This document shows positions 9,455 to 19,019 of a stretch of 53,848 nucleotides of DNA, in pieces (the stretch's first letter is position 1; every line of letters begins with the position of its first letter). Under the pieces are notes generated by a model. That model did no database searches and had not been told where the DNA came from. It worked only from the letters and a program-made list of their open reading frames with translations. Location of the stretch: positions 1 through 53,848 of the IMG/VR virus record IMGVR_UViG_3300032829_000014; one strand, given 5' to 3'. Both the position numbers and the translations under genes were made by a program. This DNA comes from a virus (Duplodnaviria > Caudoviricetes).

Positions 9455-10270
9455 TTATTTATTTTCTTCAACAATTAATTTTGTTATAGTTCTATCATTA
9501 TTAAAATTATATTCTTTTTTTGCAATTTCAAACCAAAATTTTCTTTCAGCAATATTTACAGTTTTTAAATATTTATCTGTTAAACTATCTACTCTTGTTG
9601 ATAAATGTTTATATAATATTTTTGGCATACTATATATTTTAAGAGCATTATTTAATGCACGATATAAAAATTCAAGCATAAATGTCATTTCAATATTTGA
9701 TTTAAAACCACCAATTTCTAAAAATTCTTTAGTTTTAATAATACTACCTGATAATTTAAAATCACTATATTGATTTAAAATATTATTATTTAAATATCCT
9801 GCTTCACCATTTTCGCCAATTAATTGTTGTGCCCAAGAAGCTTCATTTGTTAATTTTAAAGCTTTATTTTCATTATTAACTTCAACTATCATTGAAAGAA
9901 AAATATCAACATTATCAAAAAATGTTATATATTTATGTACATTTTTTATAAATGTTTTACTATATTCATCATCAAATTCCAATATTGAAAAATATTTTGT
10001 TTTAATATTTTTAGCAGCTAAATTTATTTGAGATTGAAAATCAGTTTTATTTTCATTAATAAGTACTTGAATTTTATAATCAAAAATATTATTATTTAAA
10101 AAATCATTTATTTGATCTTTTATATTATTAGAATAAACTAATAAAACTTCAGGTTTAATATTAATTTCTTCTTGATTATCAATACTTTTTATAGCATTTA
10201 ATAAATAGCCTTTTATTTCATCATTAAATTCATGAATCGGAATTATAATTGTTAAATTTTCTATATTCAT
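9455..10270 (-). CDS. glycosyltransferase family 2
   Basis: LTIIIPIH, AIKSI..Q, SQINLA, FSILEFDD (DxD-like), IGGF. Confidence 0.85.
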   Translation of the reverse strand: MNIENLTIIIPIHEFNDEIKGYLLNAIKSIDNQEEINIKPEVLLVYSNNIKDQINDFLNNNIFDYKIQVLINENKTDFQSQINLAAKNIKTKYFSILEFDDEYSKTFIKNVHKYITFFDNVDIFLSMIVEVNNENKALKLTNEASWAQQLIGENGEAGYLNNNILNQYSDFKLSGSIIKTKEFLEIGGFKSNIEMTFMLEFLYRALNNALKIYSMPKILYKHLSTRVDSLTDKYLKTVNIAERKFWFEIAKKEYNFNNDRTITKLIVEENK

Positions 10271-10347
10271 TTTATATTTATTTTATTATTTTTATTATTA
10301 ATTTTTATCTTGTCAAAATTCTCGCCAAATGGCGAAATAAATATTTT

Positions 10348-11460
10348 TTATTTTAAAGCATTTTTAAAATTATTTGCTCTTTCTTCTAAAAAACTTAAAT
10401 ATGCTTCTTGAACTTGTTTTTCAGAATTATTAACTGAATATTTAAGAGCTATTTTTTCCATACCATCATATAATTCATCAGTTATTGAGTCATCTAAATA
10501 TTTTGTTATTACATCTCCTATTAATAAAGGAAGTGTATAAATATCATTTGTCCAAACTCCAATATTTTCTGCATAATTATTTTTTTCTTCATTTAAAATA
10601 TATTCAGGTGTAATATCTGGTTTAATAGCTATAGGTATACAACCAGATTTCATACATTCAAGTGGAAATGTTCCAAAAGATGCAATTCTATCAACCCAAA
10701 CAGCAGCAATATTTGTTCTTAATCTTTCAGCAAAATCTTTTCTTCCTAATGGTTGTGGCGGTTTTGAAGTTGTTATCATTGTATCAAAACTAACAAATGT
10801 ATATTGCGGAAATTTATTATAAAATAATTTTACTATTTTAGATATTTCATTTGGATTTCTACCTATTAAAGAAATTATAGGTCTTTGTGGTTTATCAGTT
10901 CTATAAAAATAATCAGGTATTCCAATATTATATGTTTTTATATTAAATTTATTACCATAATAATTAGTAATTAAATCTTTTAAAGTATTTGATGTTGTTA
11001 TAATATTTTGAATATTAAAATTACTCCAATCCATACCAGGTATTAAACTATTAAGCATATAATCTATTGATTGAAGAAACCCAACTTTTATACATGTTAA
11101 TTCTTTTATTTGTTCCATAACATTTGAAAATACTTCTGGAATAATAATCATATCTTCAGGACCAACAGAAATATTTGATTTTTCCATTGATGTATGTTCT
11201 ATTTTAGTTAATTCATCTTCAATCCATGATGGAATAATATAATCATTTTTTTCTGTTAACATTTTAACATCAAAACCTAATTTTTTCATTGATGTAGCAT
11301 GAAAATATATTTCATATACTGATGCAACTGGTGTTGTTGAATCGGGTACTACAAATAAAATTTTAGATTTTTTATTTTCTATTTTTTCTAATGATAATTT
11401 AATTTTTTCTAATTTAGAATTATCAACTTCATTAATTTCTTTTTTTATTTCTTCGTTCAT
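10348..11460 (-). CDS. GT-B fold glycosyltransferase (GT4-like)
   Basis: KILFVVPD, DMIIIPE, SFGTFPLECMKSGCIPI (E.FG...LEAM..G.P-like). Confidence 0.8.
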   Translation of the reverse strand: MNEEIKKEINEVDNSKLEKIKLSLEKIENKKSKILFVVPDSTTPVASVYEIYFHATSMKKLGFDVKMLTEKNDYIIPSWIEDELTKIEHTSMEKSNISVGPEDMIIIPEVFSNVMEQIKELTCIKVGFLQSIDYMLNSLIPGMDWSNFNIQNIITTSNTLKDLITNYYGNKFNIKTYNIGIPDYFYRTDKPQRPIISLIGRNPNEISKIVKLFYNKFPQYTFVSFDTMITTSKPPQPLGRKDFAERLRTNIAAVWVDRIASFGTFPLECMKSGCIPIAIKPDITPEYILNEEKNNYAENIGVWTNDIYTLPLLIGDVITKYLDDSITDELYDGMEKIALKYSVNNSEKQVQEAYLSFLEERANNFKNALK

Positions 11461-11464
11461 TTTA

Positions 11465-11917
11465 TTATTTATTTTTTAATCTTATTAATTTATTTTCTTT
11501 TATAAAATTTTCTGTTAAAATAGCACAACAATTTACTTCATAATCAATATCATTATCATCAAAGGTCGTATATTGATATTTATCAGACATTTTCATTTTT
11601 TCTATTTCTTTTTCATAATTATTTATAATATATTTATACAAATTATATATTTTAAAATTTTGATTTAATTTAATATCTGTTATAATTCTTCTTATAATTG
11701 GAAATAATAATGTTTCTACTTCTATAAAATTATTTCTAACTAATAAATCTAAATTATTTACTTTTAAACATAAATTAATTGCTTTTTCAAAATATAAAGC
11801 ACATTTTTCTTTTCTTTTTTTATATAAACCTTCTAATAAACCTATTTCATTCCATTTATTAATAATATTTGAAATATTTCCAGTTAATTTATTTTCAAGT
11901 ATAAAAGATTTAGTCAT
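11465..11917 (-). CDS. protein resembling the N-terminal segment of a gp23-type major capsid protein
   Basis: ILE..LTGNI...INKWNEIGLLEGL...KEKCALYFE...ETLLFPIIRRI; only 150 aa, no capsid core. Confidence 0.55.
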   Translation of the reverse strand: MTKSFILENKLTGNISNIINKWNEIGLLEGLYKKRKEKCALYFEKAINLCLKVNNLDLLVRNNFIEVETLLFPIIRRIITDIKLNQNFKIYNLYKYIINNYEKEIEKMKMSDKYQYTTFDDNDIDYEVNCCAILTENFIKENKLIRLKNK

Positions 11918-11918
11918 A

Positions 11919-12671
11919 TTATTTCTTATAATTTATTAATTTTTCAAATTCTTTATTATCAATTAAATTTTTTAAATGAATAAAATTATAATTTTTAAAT
12001 ATATTTTTATTATATGGTCTATTAATTTTAATAACTTCTTTTCCAAATGGAACATTATTTAATAATTCAGGATCAGTTGTTATTAAAATATCAATATTTT
12101 TCCATATATCTTTATTTGTTTCAACTAAAAAGAATTTTTTTGCTCTAAACATTAATTTAGATAGAAAAAATAATGTTGGAGGTATTGTTACTGAAAGTTC
12201 TTTTGAAACAATTACAAAATTAACACAATTAAAATATTTTTGATAAAATTGTTGTATATCATTTTCCATACCTTTATACATTAAAGGAGCTGCTCCAAAT
12301 ATTTCAAATAAATAATCCTGATATAAAAATCTTTCATATACTTGTTTAGCAGTTAAAAATCTTTTTTCTTTTTTTAAAATTAAAGAATCAACAGGTGCTT
12401 CATTTGTTTTTGAATCTACTTGATAATAAATAGGATTTATATCATCAGGAAAATCATCTTTTAAAACTTTATCAATTTCTTCTACATCATTAAATTTATA
12501 AGTATTAAAAAAATCATAACAATATAATTTATCATCTTCTGGAAGACCTTCTTCTCCAAATTCTTCAACATAATAACGATCAAACATTTGCCATCTTGAT
12601 CTTAAAACTTCATTGATATCAATACCAACAATTAATTTTTTCTTTAAAATTTTTTTTAAAATTGTATTCAT
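11919..12671 (-). CDS. HAD-family 5'(3')-deoxyribonucleotidase-like protein
   Basis: IVGIDINEVLR (HAD motif I-like), DILITTDP, IKINRPYN. Confidence 0.7.
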   Translation of the reverse strand: MNTILKKILKKKLIVGIDINEVLRSRWQMFDRYYVEEFGEEGLPEDDKLYCYDFFNTYKFNDVEEIDKVLKDDFPDDINPIYYQVDSKTNEAPVDSLILKKEKRFLTAKQVYERFLYQDYLFEIFGAAPLMYKGMENDIQQFYQKYFNCVNFVIVSKELSVTIPPTLFFLSKLMFRAKKFFLVETNKDIWKNIDILITTDPELLNNVPFGKEVIKINRPYNKNIFKNYNFIHLKNLIDNKEFEKLINYKK

Positions 12672-12674
12672 TAT

Positions 12675-12740
12675 TTATAAATTTTTTATATTATTATTTA
12701 ATATTTTCATTTGTTCTTCGTGTTCTAAAATTAATAGTTC
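12675..12740 (-). pseudogene. orphaned 3' end of the gene at 14006..14296 (ELLILEHEEQMKILNNNIKNL*)
   Basis: Ungapped match to KNLIKEHENLLIKLNNNL; its stop lies 3 nt before the next ATG (12671). Confidence 0.7.
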
Positions 12741-14022
12741 TGTAAAATTTTTTATTAATTACATTTTTTTCTTGCTTCTTCCTATCACTACTTTTTAGGG
12801 ATATTTCTATCTTGTCATCCATAGTTGGATAGTCCACAAGCTTAAATTCAGGCGAACTCAACCTTATTTTATTATTTAATTTATTTTCTTTAATATTTAA
12901 TATTCTTTTTCCTTCATTTAATATATTAACTGCTGCATTAATATCTCTATCATGAATAGTATTACAATTAGGACAAGTCCATGTTCTATCATTCAATTCA
13001 ATATCATTATTTTTATAATTACAACAATTACATAATTTACTTGATGGATAAAATTTATTTATTTCAATTATTTGTCTACCATACCAATTAGCCTTATATA
13101 TCAATTTTCTTTTAAATTCATACAATGATAACTCTTGTATTGATTTTGCTAATTTATGATTCTTTAACATATTACTTATACTTAAATCTTCCATTACTAT
13201 AACTTGATTTTCGTTTAGTAATTTATTTGTTACTTGATGTAAATAATTTTCTTTTTTATTATTTAATTTTTCATATGCTTTTGCTAATTTAATTCTTGCT
13301 TTATTTTTATTTTTACTTCCTTTAACTTTTCTACTTAATTGTTTATGTAATCTCTTTAATTTCTTTTCATTATTTTTTTTAATTTTAATGTTTTCAAATT
13401 TATTACCATTACTATCAATAATAAAATCTTTAATACCTAAATCAATACCAATAATATCATTTATTGATTTTGGTAATATTTTAGTTATTTCTTTATCAAT
13501 TAATATACTTAAAAAATATTTATTACTTTTTGTTTTTGTTAATGTTGCTGATTTAATATTTTTTCTATTTTTATTTAAATATTTTTCATCTTTTATTGAA
13601 CATTTAAAATGAATATTTTTTAATTTTTTAATTAATGTTATTCTATTACCTTTAAAAGCTTTTTTGCTTATTCCATTATAAGGAAATCTACAACTTTGTT
13701 TATTATCTTTTTTTGATTTAAATTTAGGAAATCCTGTTTTTTTAATAAAAAAATTATAATAAGCACTATTTAAATCTATTAATGATTGAGCAATAACTTT
13801 TGAGTGCATTTCATTTAACCAAGAATATTCTTCTTTTTGTTTTAAATTTGTTAAATATTTACCAAGTTCACCCCAAGAAACAGAATATTTATTTTTATTA
13901 TATTCTTCAATTTTATATGCTAAAAGATTATTATAAATAAATCTACATGAACCAAGTAATTTATTAATATAAATTATTTGATCAATATTAGGATAAATTC
14001 TTATTTTAATAGCTTTTAACAT
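12694..14022 (-). CDS. tnpB: TnpB RNA-guided nuclease (IS200/IS605 family), no adjacent TnpA
   Basis: N-terminal HTH (KAIKIRIYPN...LGSCRFIYN); RuvC GIDLGIKD, VMEDL, HDRDINAAVNI; Zn finger CNCC...CPNC. Confidence 0.95.
   Translation of the reverse strand: MLKAIKIRIYPNIDQIIYINKLLGSCRFIYNNLLAYKIEEYNKNKYSVSWGELGKYLTNLKQKEEYSWLNEMHSKVIAQSLIDLNSAYYNFFIKKTGFPKFKSKKDNKQSCRFPYNGISKKAFKGNRITLIKKLKNIHFKCSIKDEKYLNKNRKNIKSATLTKTKSNKYFLSILIDKEITKILPKSINDIIGIDLGIKDFIIDSNGNKFENIKIKKNNEKKLKRLHKQLSRKVKGSKNKNKARIKLAKAYEKLNNKKENYLHQVTNKLLNENQVIVMEDLSISNMLKNHKLAKSIQELSLYEFKRKLIYKANWYGRQIIEINKFYPSSKLCNCCNYKNNDIELNDRTWTCPNCNTIHDRDINAAVNILNEGKRILNIKENKLNNKIRLSSPEFKLVDYPTMDDKIEISLKSSDRKKQEKNVINKKFYRTINFRTRRTNENIK
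12717..12870 (-). ncRNA. predicted TnpB omegaRNA (scaffold plus ~20-nt guide); boundaries approximate
   Basis: GC-richer segment overlapping the tnpB 3' end; TGTAA/TTACA terminal stem then GAAC (12740-12737), which can pair with GTTC (12857-12854). Confidence 0.6.
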
Positions 14023-14296
14023 TTAAATTATTATTTAATTTTATTAATAAATTTTCATGTTCTTTTATAAGATTTTTATTTTTTATATAAATTGGGTTTA
14101 TACATTCAATTTTTGTATTTTGTGAAAAAATAGGTATTATAATAAATTCTCCTTCAACATTTGAAGGTATTACTTTTTTTGAAACTTCTTGACAATATTC
14201 ACCAATATTATTAGAAATAATATTATTATTTTGGTCTAATATTCCAATATATATAACAAATATTTTATATTCTTTATTTTTAAAAAAATTAATCAT
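14006..14296 (-). CDS. hypothetical protein; its 3' end overlaps the tnpB start
   Basis: ORF track; coupled to phoH upstream. Confidence 0.75.
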   Translation of the reverse strand: MINFFKNKEYKIFVIYIGILDQNNNIISNNIGEYCQEVSKKVIPSNVEGEFIIIPIFSQNTKIECINPIYIKNKNLIKEHENLLIKLNNNLNVKSY

Positions 14297-15137
14297 TTAA
14301 TAATAATTTTTCATTATTATAATTATTTTTCTTTTGTCCATTACCATTATTAATATTATTTTTAAAATTATATTCATTAAATTTATTTTCAATAATATCA
14401 ATAATTGGATTTCTAACATTTGTATCTGAATCATTCATTTCAACAATGCCAATATTAGGAATATCTTTAAATATTTTAATTAATAATGATAAAGAACTTT
14501 CTTCTTTATTTTTAATATCAATTTGATTAGTATCTCCTAACATTATTATTTTAGAATTTTCGCCCAAACGAGTTAAAAAAGTTCTTGAATTGGAAATACT
14601 TAAATTTTGGCTTTCATCTAAAATCATTATACAATTATCTAAACTTGCACCTCTCATATATGCTAATGGAAATGGCTGTATAAATTCTTTTTCTAATAGT
14701 TGATTTAATACTAATTTAGAAATCAATTTTTCAATATTAATATAATATGACCACATGAATGGTTCTACTTTTTCTTTATAAGAACCCTTAAGCCAACCAA
14801 TTTCTTCACCTGGTAATGAAGTTACAGATTTTATTAAATAAATTTTTTTATATGGACTTTCTTGTTTCATTAATAATGATAATGCATAACCTACTGATAA
14901 AAAAGTTTTTCCAGTACCTGCTTTACCACTACATATTGTTATTTCATTATTTTTTATAGATTGTATTAATTCTTTTTGACTTTCATTTTTTGCTATTATT
15001 TTTATATCTTTATTTATAATATTTTTTATTTCATCTTTAATACCATTATTTAAATTTTTTTCAGTATTATTTTTTAATTCTTCAAAATCTATTTCTTCTT
15101 GTTGTTTTTTTGCTAATTTATTATTTCTTTTAGCCAT
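14289..15137 (-). CDS. phoH: PhoH-family ATPase
   Basis: GKAGTGKT Walker A, IGWLKG, LAYMRGASL, ILDESQN, LTRLG, GDTNQID, VRNP. Confidence 0.95.
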   Translation of the reverse strand: MAKRNNKLAKKQQEEIDFEELKNNTEKNLNNGIKDEIKNIINKDIKIIAKNESQKELIQSIKNNEITICSGKAGTGKTFLSVGYALSLLMKQESPYKKIYLIKSVTSLPGEEIGWLKGSYKEKVEPFMWSYYINIEKLISKLVLNQLLEKEFIQPFPLAYMRGASLDNCIMILDESQNLSISNSRTFLTRLGENSKIIMLGDTNQIDIKNKEESSLSLLIKIFKDIPNIGIVEMNDSDTNVRNPIIDIIENKFNEYNFKNNINNGNGQKKNNYNNEKLLLND

Positions 15138-15194
15138 AAACTTTAATTATTTAAAAGCATTATTTATATATTAATAATTATTTTTTATATATTA

Positions 15195-15226
15195 CAAATA
15201 TATAAAATTTTATTTAAATTGTCAAG
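15195..15226 (-). promoter_or_regulatory. Bacteroidetes-type promoter for the phoH operon
   Basis: Minus strand CTTG-N20-TATATTTG. Confidence 0.7.
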
Positions 15227-15261
15227 TATTTTTTATAATTTAATATAAAAAATAAAATTCT

Positions 15262-15276
15262 ACTATTTATTATAAA
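15262..15276 (+). promoter_or_regulatory. putative phage late promoter (ACTATTTATTATAAA)
   Basis: Recurring motif, 38 nt upstream of ATG 15309. Confidence 0.55.
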
Positions 15277-15308
15277 TAAATATAAAATTTTATATAAAAT
15301 AAATACTT

Positions 15309-16175
15309 ATGAATGAAGAATTAAATAATTTATTAAATAAACATAAAGAAAATAAAAATTTAAATATTATTAGTCCAGAAAATAAAGCTAATATTATACA
15401 AAATGATATACAAAAAAATTTAGAAATGGAAACTGATCCTGATTTAATTATAGGTTATGAAATAATTAAATTACCATCAGAAGGAATTTTTTATAAAAAT
15501 AAAATAAAAGAATTAACTATTGAGTATTTAACATCTAAAGATGAAGATATATTAACAACACCTTCTTTAATTGAAAATGGAACAGTACTAGATATTTTAT
15601 TAAAAAGAAAAATTAAAACTCCGAATATTATTGTTGATGATTTATTACCTGGTGATAAAGATGCTATACATTTATTTTTAAGAATGTCATCATATGGGCC
15701 AGAATATAAAGTTCAAGTTATTGATCCTAGAAATGGAAATACATTTAATAGAACAGTAGATTTATCTAAACTTAAATATAAAGAAATAATTGAAAAACCT
15801 GATGAAAATGGTTTATTTTATGTTGAATTACCAATGCGTAAAAAAATTGTAAAATTTAAATTATTAACATCTGGTGAAGATGATTTAATATTTAAAAAAG
15901 CAGAAGCAATAAAAACAGCATATAATCAAGAATATAGTCAATATAAATCAATGAAATTAAAAGCAAGTATTATTGAAATAAATGGAAAAACAGATAAAAT
16001 TTATATTGAAAAATTTGTTGATGCTATGCCAGGTTTAGATGTTTTTACAATAAGAAAAAAAATACTTGAGGTATCACCGGGTATTGATATGAAATATGAA
16101 TTTATTACTGATGATGGATTTAAATTTATAACAAATTTAACAATGGGCATAGATTTTTTTTTCCCAAATCTTTAG
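15309..16175 (+). CDS. baseplate hub/tail assembly chaperone (T4 gp26-like)
   Basis: IKLPSEGIFY, YLTSKDEDIL, duplicated module, ends DFFFP; directly upstream of the tape measure gene. Confidence 0.8.
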   Translation: MNEELNNLLNKHKENKNLNIISPENKANIIQNDIQKNLEMETDPDLIIGYEIIKLPSEGIFYKNKIKELTIEYLTSKDEDILTTPSLIENGTVLDILLKRKIKTPNIIVDDLLPGDKDAIHLFLRMSSYGPEYKVQVIDPRNGNTFNRTVDLSKLKYKEIIEKPDENGLFYVELPMRKKIVKFKLLTSGEDDLIFKKAEAIKTAYNQEYSQYKSMKLKASIIEINGKTDKIYIEKFVDAMPGLDVFTIRKKILEVSPGIDMKYEFITDDGFKFITNLTMGIDFFFPNL

Positions 16176-16357
16176 CAGGCAATTATAAAGAACTTGTTAA
16201 AGAAGAAATATATTTATTAGTTAAACATGGAAATTATGATGCAAATTATATTAATAATATTCCTATTTGGGAAAGAAGATTAAATTTAAAATTTTTACAA
16301 AAAGAATTAGATGAAATAAAAAAGAATCAAGAACAACAAATGATAAAATATAGATAA
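16154..16357 (+). CDS. -1 frame extension of the chaperone (gp51/gpGT-like)
   Basis: T9 run at 16154-16162; the -1 frame reads PKSLAGNYKELVKEEIYLLVKHGNYD...IPIWERR...* and has no ATG near its start. Confidence 0.75.
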   Translation, partial: FFFPKSLAGNYKELVKEEIYLLVKHGNYDANYINNIPIWERRLNLKFLQKELDEIKKNQEQQMIKYR

Positions 16358-16367
16358 TATATTTTAT

Positions 16368-16402
16368 AAAAGCTGAAATAATATTTATTTTCAGCTTTTT
16401 TT
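16368..16402 (+). terminator. intrinsic terminator
   Basis: Stem AAAAGCTGAAA / TTTCAGCTTTT plus T-run, just after the stop of the -1 frame. Confidence 0.8.
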
Positions 16403-16428
16403 ATTAAAATTTATTAAATAAATAATAA

Positions 16429-16443
16429 ACTATTTATTATAAA
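16429..16443 (+). promoter_or_regulatory. putative phage late promoter (ACTATTTATTATAAA)
   Basis: Identical to the 15-mer at 15262; 20 nt upstream of the tape measure ATG. Confidence 0.6.
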
Positions 16444-16457
16444 ATATAATATTATTA

Positions 16458-19019
16458 ATGGCTGAAAGAGTTAAAATAAATGAGTTAAGAAAAGAATTTC
16501 AAGAATTAAATAATTTACAAGAAAAAATGCTTGAACTTGAAAAAAATGAAATTAATAATATAAATGATATTTTTAATTTAAAAAAGAAATTATTAACAGC
16601 ACAATCAGAATGTAATGCTGAACAAGCAAAATTAAATAATATTTTAGATACTTACAAAAAGAAAATTAATGAAGGATTTATTACAACAAAAAATACTAAA
16701 GATGCTTTAGATAAAGAAATAAAATCACAAGAAAATTTAGTTAAAATAGCCGAAAAAAATTTAAAAGTTCAACAAAGAATTAATAATACATTATCATTAA
16801 TGAAATTAAATTATGATGGTATTATAAAAAATGCTAATTCATTATGGAAATATTTAATGGAATCAGATAAAGTAATAAAACAAACTACATTAAATTTAGG
16901 ATTAAGTGGAGAAAAATCTGAAATATTAAGAACAAATTTTGAACAATCAGCAGGTTTTGCTGCAAGATTAGGTGCTAATTTAAGTGATATAGGTACAATT
17001 ATAACTTCATTTGCTAATGAAACAGGAAGAGCAAAGTTATTAACATCTGAAATGCTTAAAGATTTTGTTTTAATTGGAAAAGGAACTGGATTAGGTGTTG
17101 AAGAAGCTGCTAAATTAGGCGGACAATTAGAATTAATGGGTTTAAATGCAAAAGCTTCAATGGAGTATGTTCAAGGAATTGTAAATACATCTGAAAAAAT
17201 GGGTATTAATACAACAATGGTATTAAAAAATATTTCAAATAATTTTAAAGCATTACAAAAATTTACATTTCAATCAGGTGTTGCAGGTATTGCAAAAATG
17301 GCAGAATATTCTGCTAAATTTAAAATTGATATATCTCAAGCATTAGATTCTGCTGAAACAGCAAGAACATTAGAAGGTGCAATTAATATGATGGCACAAT
17401 TACAAGTAATGGGTGGTGAATTTGCTAAAGCAGATCCTTTTGAAATGTTATATTTATCAAGAAATGCACCTGAAGAATATACAAAAAAAATAAATGAAAT
17501 GACAAAAGGAATGGCTCAATTTAGAAAAACAGCCAGTGGTACTTTTGAAACATTTATTTCACCTGTTGATTTAGATAGATTAACAGTTGTTTCTAAAACA
17601 TTAGGAATAGATAAAGTACAATTAGTTGAACAAGCTAAAAGAATGGCTGAAATTCAAAGAATGCGCCAACAAATGATTGGAACTAATTTAACATCAGCAC
17701 AAAAACAAATTATTGAGGGTTTAGCTAATTTTGATAGTAAAACAGGTAGATTTACAGTACAAATAGGTCAAGGATTTAAAGATATTTCACAAGTAACAGC
17801 ACAAGAAATAAAAGTAATACAACAACAATCATCATCATTAGAAAAAAGAGCACAAGCAGCACAAACTTTTGATGAAACTTTTAAAAATACTATAAACGAA
17901 ATAAAAGCTGCTTTATTACCATTATTAAAAGGTGTTAATGGAGTATTAGAACAGATAAGGCCATTTTTATCAGCTTTAGGTGATGGCATTAATCATTTAA
18001 GTAAAATAACCCCAAATTGGGTTAAAATAGCTGGTGGTATTGCTCTTTTAGGAACAACAAAATTAATTGGTCCATTAACAACTATTCTTGGAAATAAATT
18101 ACAACCAACATTTTATAAAAATTTAAAAACAACAGCTGCTGGAATTGGAGGTGGTGGAAAAGTTAAAGGAATAAAAGGAGGCGGATTAAGTGGATTAGCA
18201 ACAGGTGCTGGTATGGGATTAGCTGGTTTAGGTGTTGGAGAAGGTATAAATTTAGCATCAAAAGGAATTGAGGGAATTGCAAATGCAATGAGTAAATTAA
18301 CACCTGAACAGGCTAAAACATTAGCAAGTATAGTTTCTTCATTAACTCTTGCAACAGGTATTGCAGCAGCATTAGCTTTTGGAGTTGCTTTATTAGGAAC
18401 AACTGCAACAGCAGCATCAGTTGGATTATTAGCTTTTGGTGGTGCAGTTGCATTAATTGGGGTAGGAATAGGAGCAGCAGCAGCTGGCATTGGATTTATG
18501 GGATCAGGTTTAGCTAAATTAGTTGAATCAGGTAAAGGATCTGGAGATTCTTTATTAAAAGTTGCAGCTGGAATAACAGCAATACAATTAGCAATGGCTG
18601 GTGGTGGTTTAGCTACAATATTTACAGGTGGTGCTGGTATTGCAGCATTTGCAGCTACAATGAATTCTATTTCAAAAAATGCACCTGCAATAGCATTAGT
18701 TGGAGATTCTTTTAAAAATATTGCAACTGTTTTATCTGGTAATAAAGAACAATATAATGATATAGAAAATTTAGTAAAAACAATAGCATCATTAGAAGGT
18801 AAAAAAATATCTCCATTAACAGATTTAGCTAATTTATTTAAACAACCAATAAAAGTAGAATTTGCAAATAAAGAAGTATCATTAGTATCTAATATTACAT
18901 TAAATGTTGATGGTAATAAAATAGCATCAGCTATTAATATTGGAGGTACTGGTATGATTCAATTAGATGGTCAAAAAACAGGAAAATTACCTCCAAAAAC
19001 AATAAACAAATATTCATAA
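16458..19019 (+). CDS. tail tape measure protein
   Basis: 853 aa; coiled-coil N-terminus, Ala/Gly-rich hydrophobic C-terminal half, NITLNVDG..IA end; follows the frameshifted chaperone. Confidence 0.85.
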   Translation: MAERVKINELRKEFQELNNLQEKMLELEKNEINNINDIFNLKKKLLTAQSECNAEQAKLNNILDTYKKKINEGFITTKNTKDALDKEIKSQENLVKIAEKNLKVQQRINNTLSLMKLNYDGIIKNANSLWKYLMESDKVIKQTTLNLGLSGEKSEILRTNFEQSAGFAARLGANLSDIGTIITSFANETGRAKLLTSEMLKDFVLIGKGTGLGVEEAAKLGGQLELMGLNAKASMEYVQGIVNTSEKMGINTTMVLKNISNNFKALQKFTFQSGVAGIAKMAEYSAKFKIDISQALDSAETARTLEGAINMMAQLQVMGGEFAKADPFEMLYLSRNAPEEYTKKINEMTKGMAQFRKTASGTFETFISPVDLDRLTVVSKTLGIDKVQLVEQAKRMAEIQRMRQQMIGTNLTSAQKQIIEGLANFDSKTGRFTVQIGQGFKDISQVTAQEIKVIQQQSSSLEKRAQAAQTFDETFKNTINEIKAALLPLLKGVNGVLEQIRPFLSALGDGINHLSKITPNWVKIAGGIALLGTTKLIGPLTTILGNKLQPTFYKNLKTTAAGIGGGGKVKGIKGGGLSGLATGAGMGLAGLGVGEGINLASKGIEGIANAMSKLTPEQAKTLASIVSSLTLATGIAAALAFGVALLGTTATAASVGLLAFGGAVALIGVGIGAAAAGIGFMGSGLAKLVESGKGSGDSLLKVAAGITAIQLAMAGGGLATIFTGGAGIAAFAATMNSISKNAPAIALVGDSFKNIATVLSGNKEQYNDIENLVKTIASLEGKKISPLTDLANLFKQPIKVEFANKEVSLVSNITLNVDGNKIASAINIGGTGMIQLDGQKTGKLPPKTINKYS

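Noticed and set aside
12694-14022. Catalytically dead TnpB (TldR-like repressor) or IStron
   Set aside because: All three RuvC acidic residues are present, and no group I intron core is visible or has room upstream.
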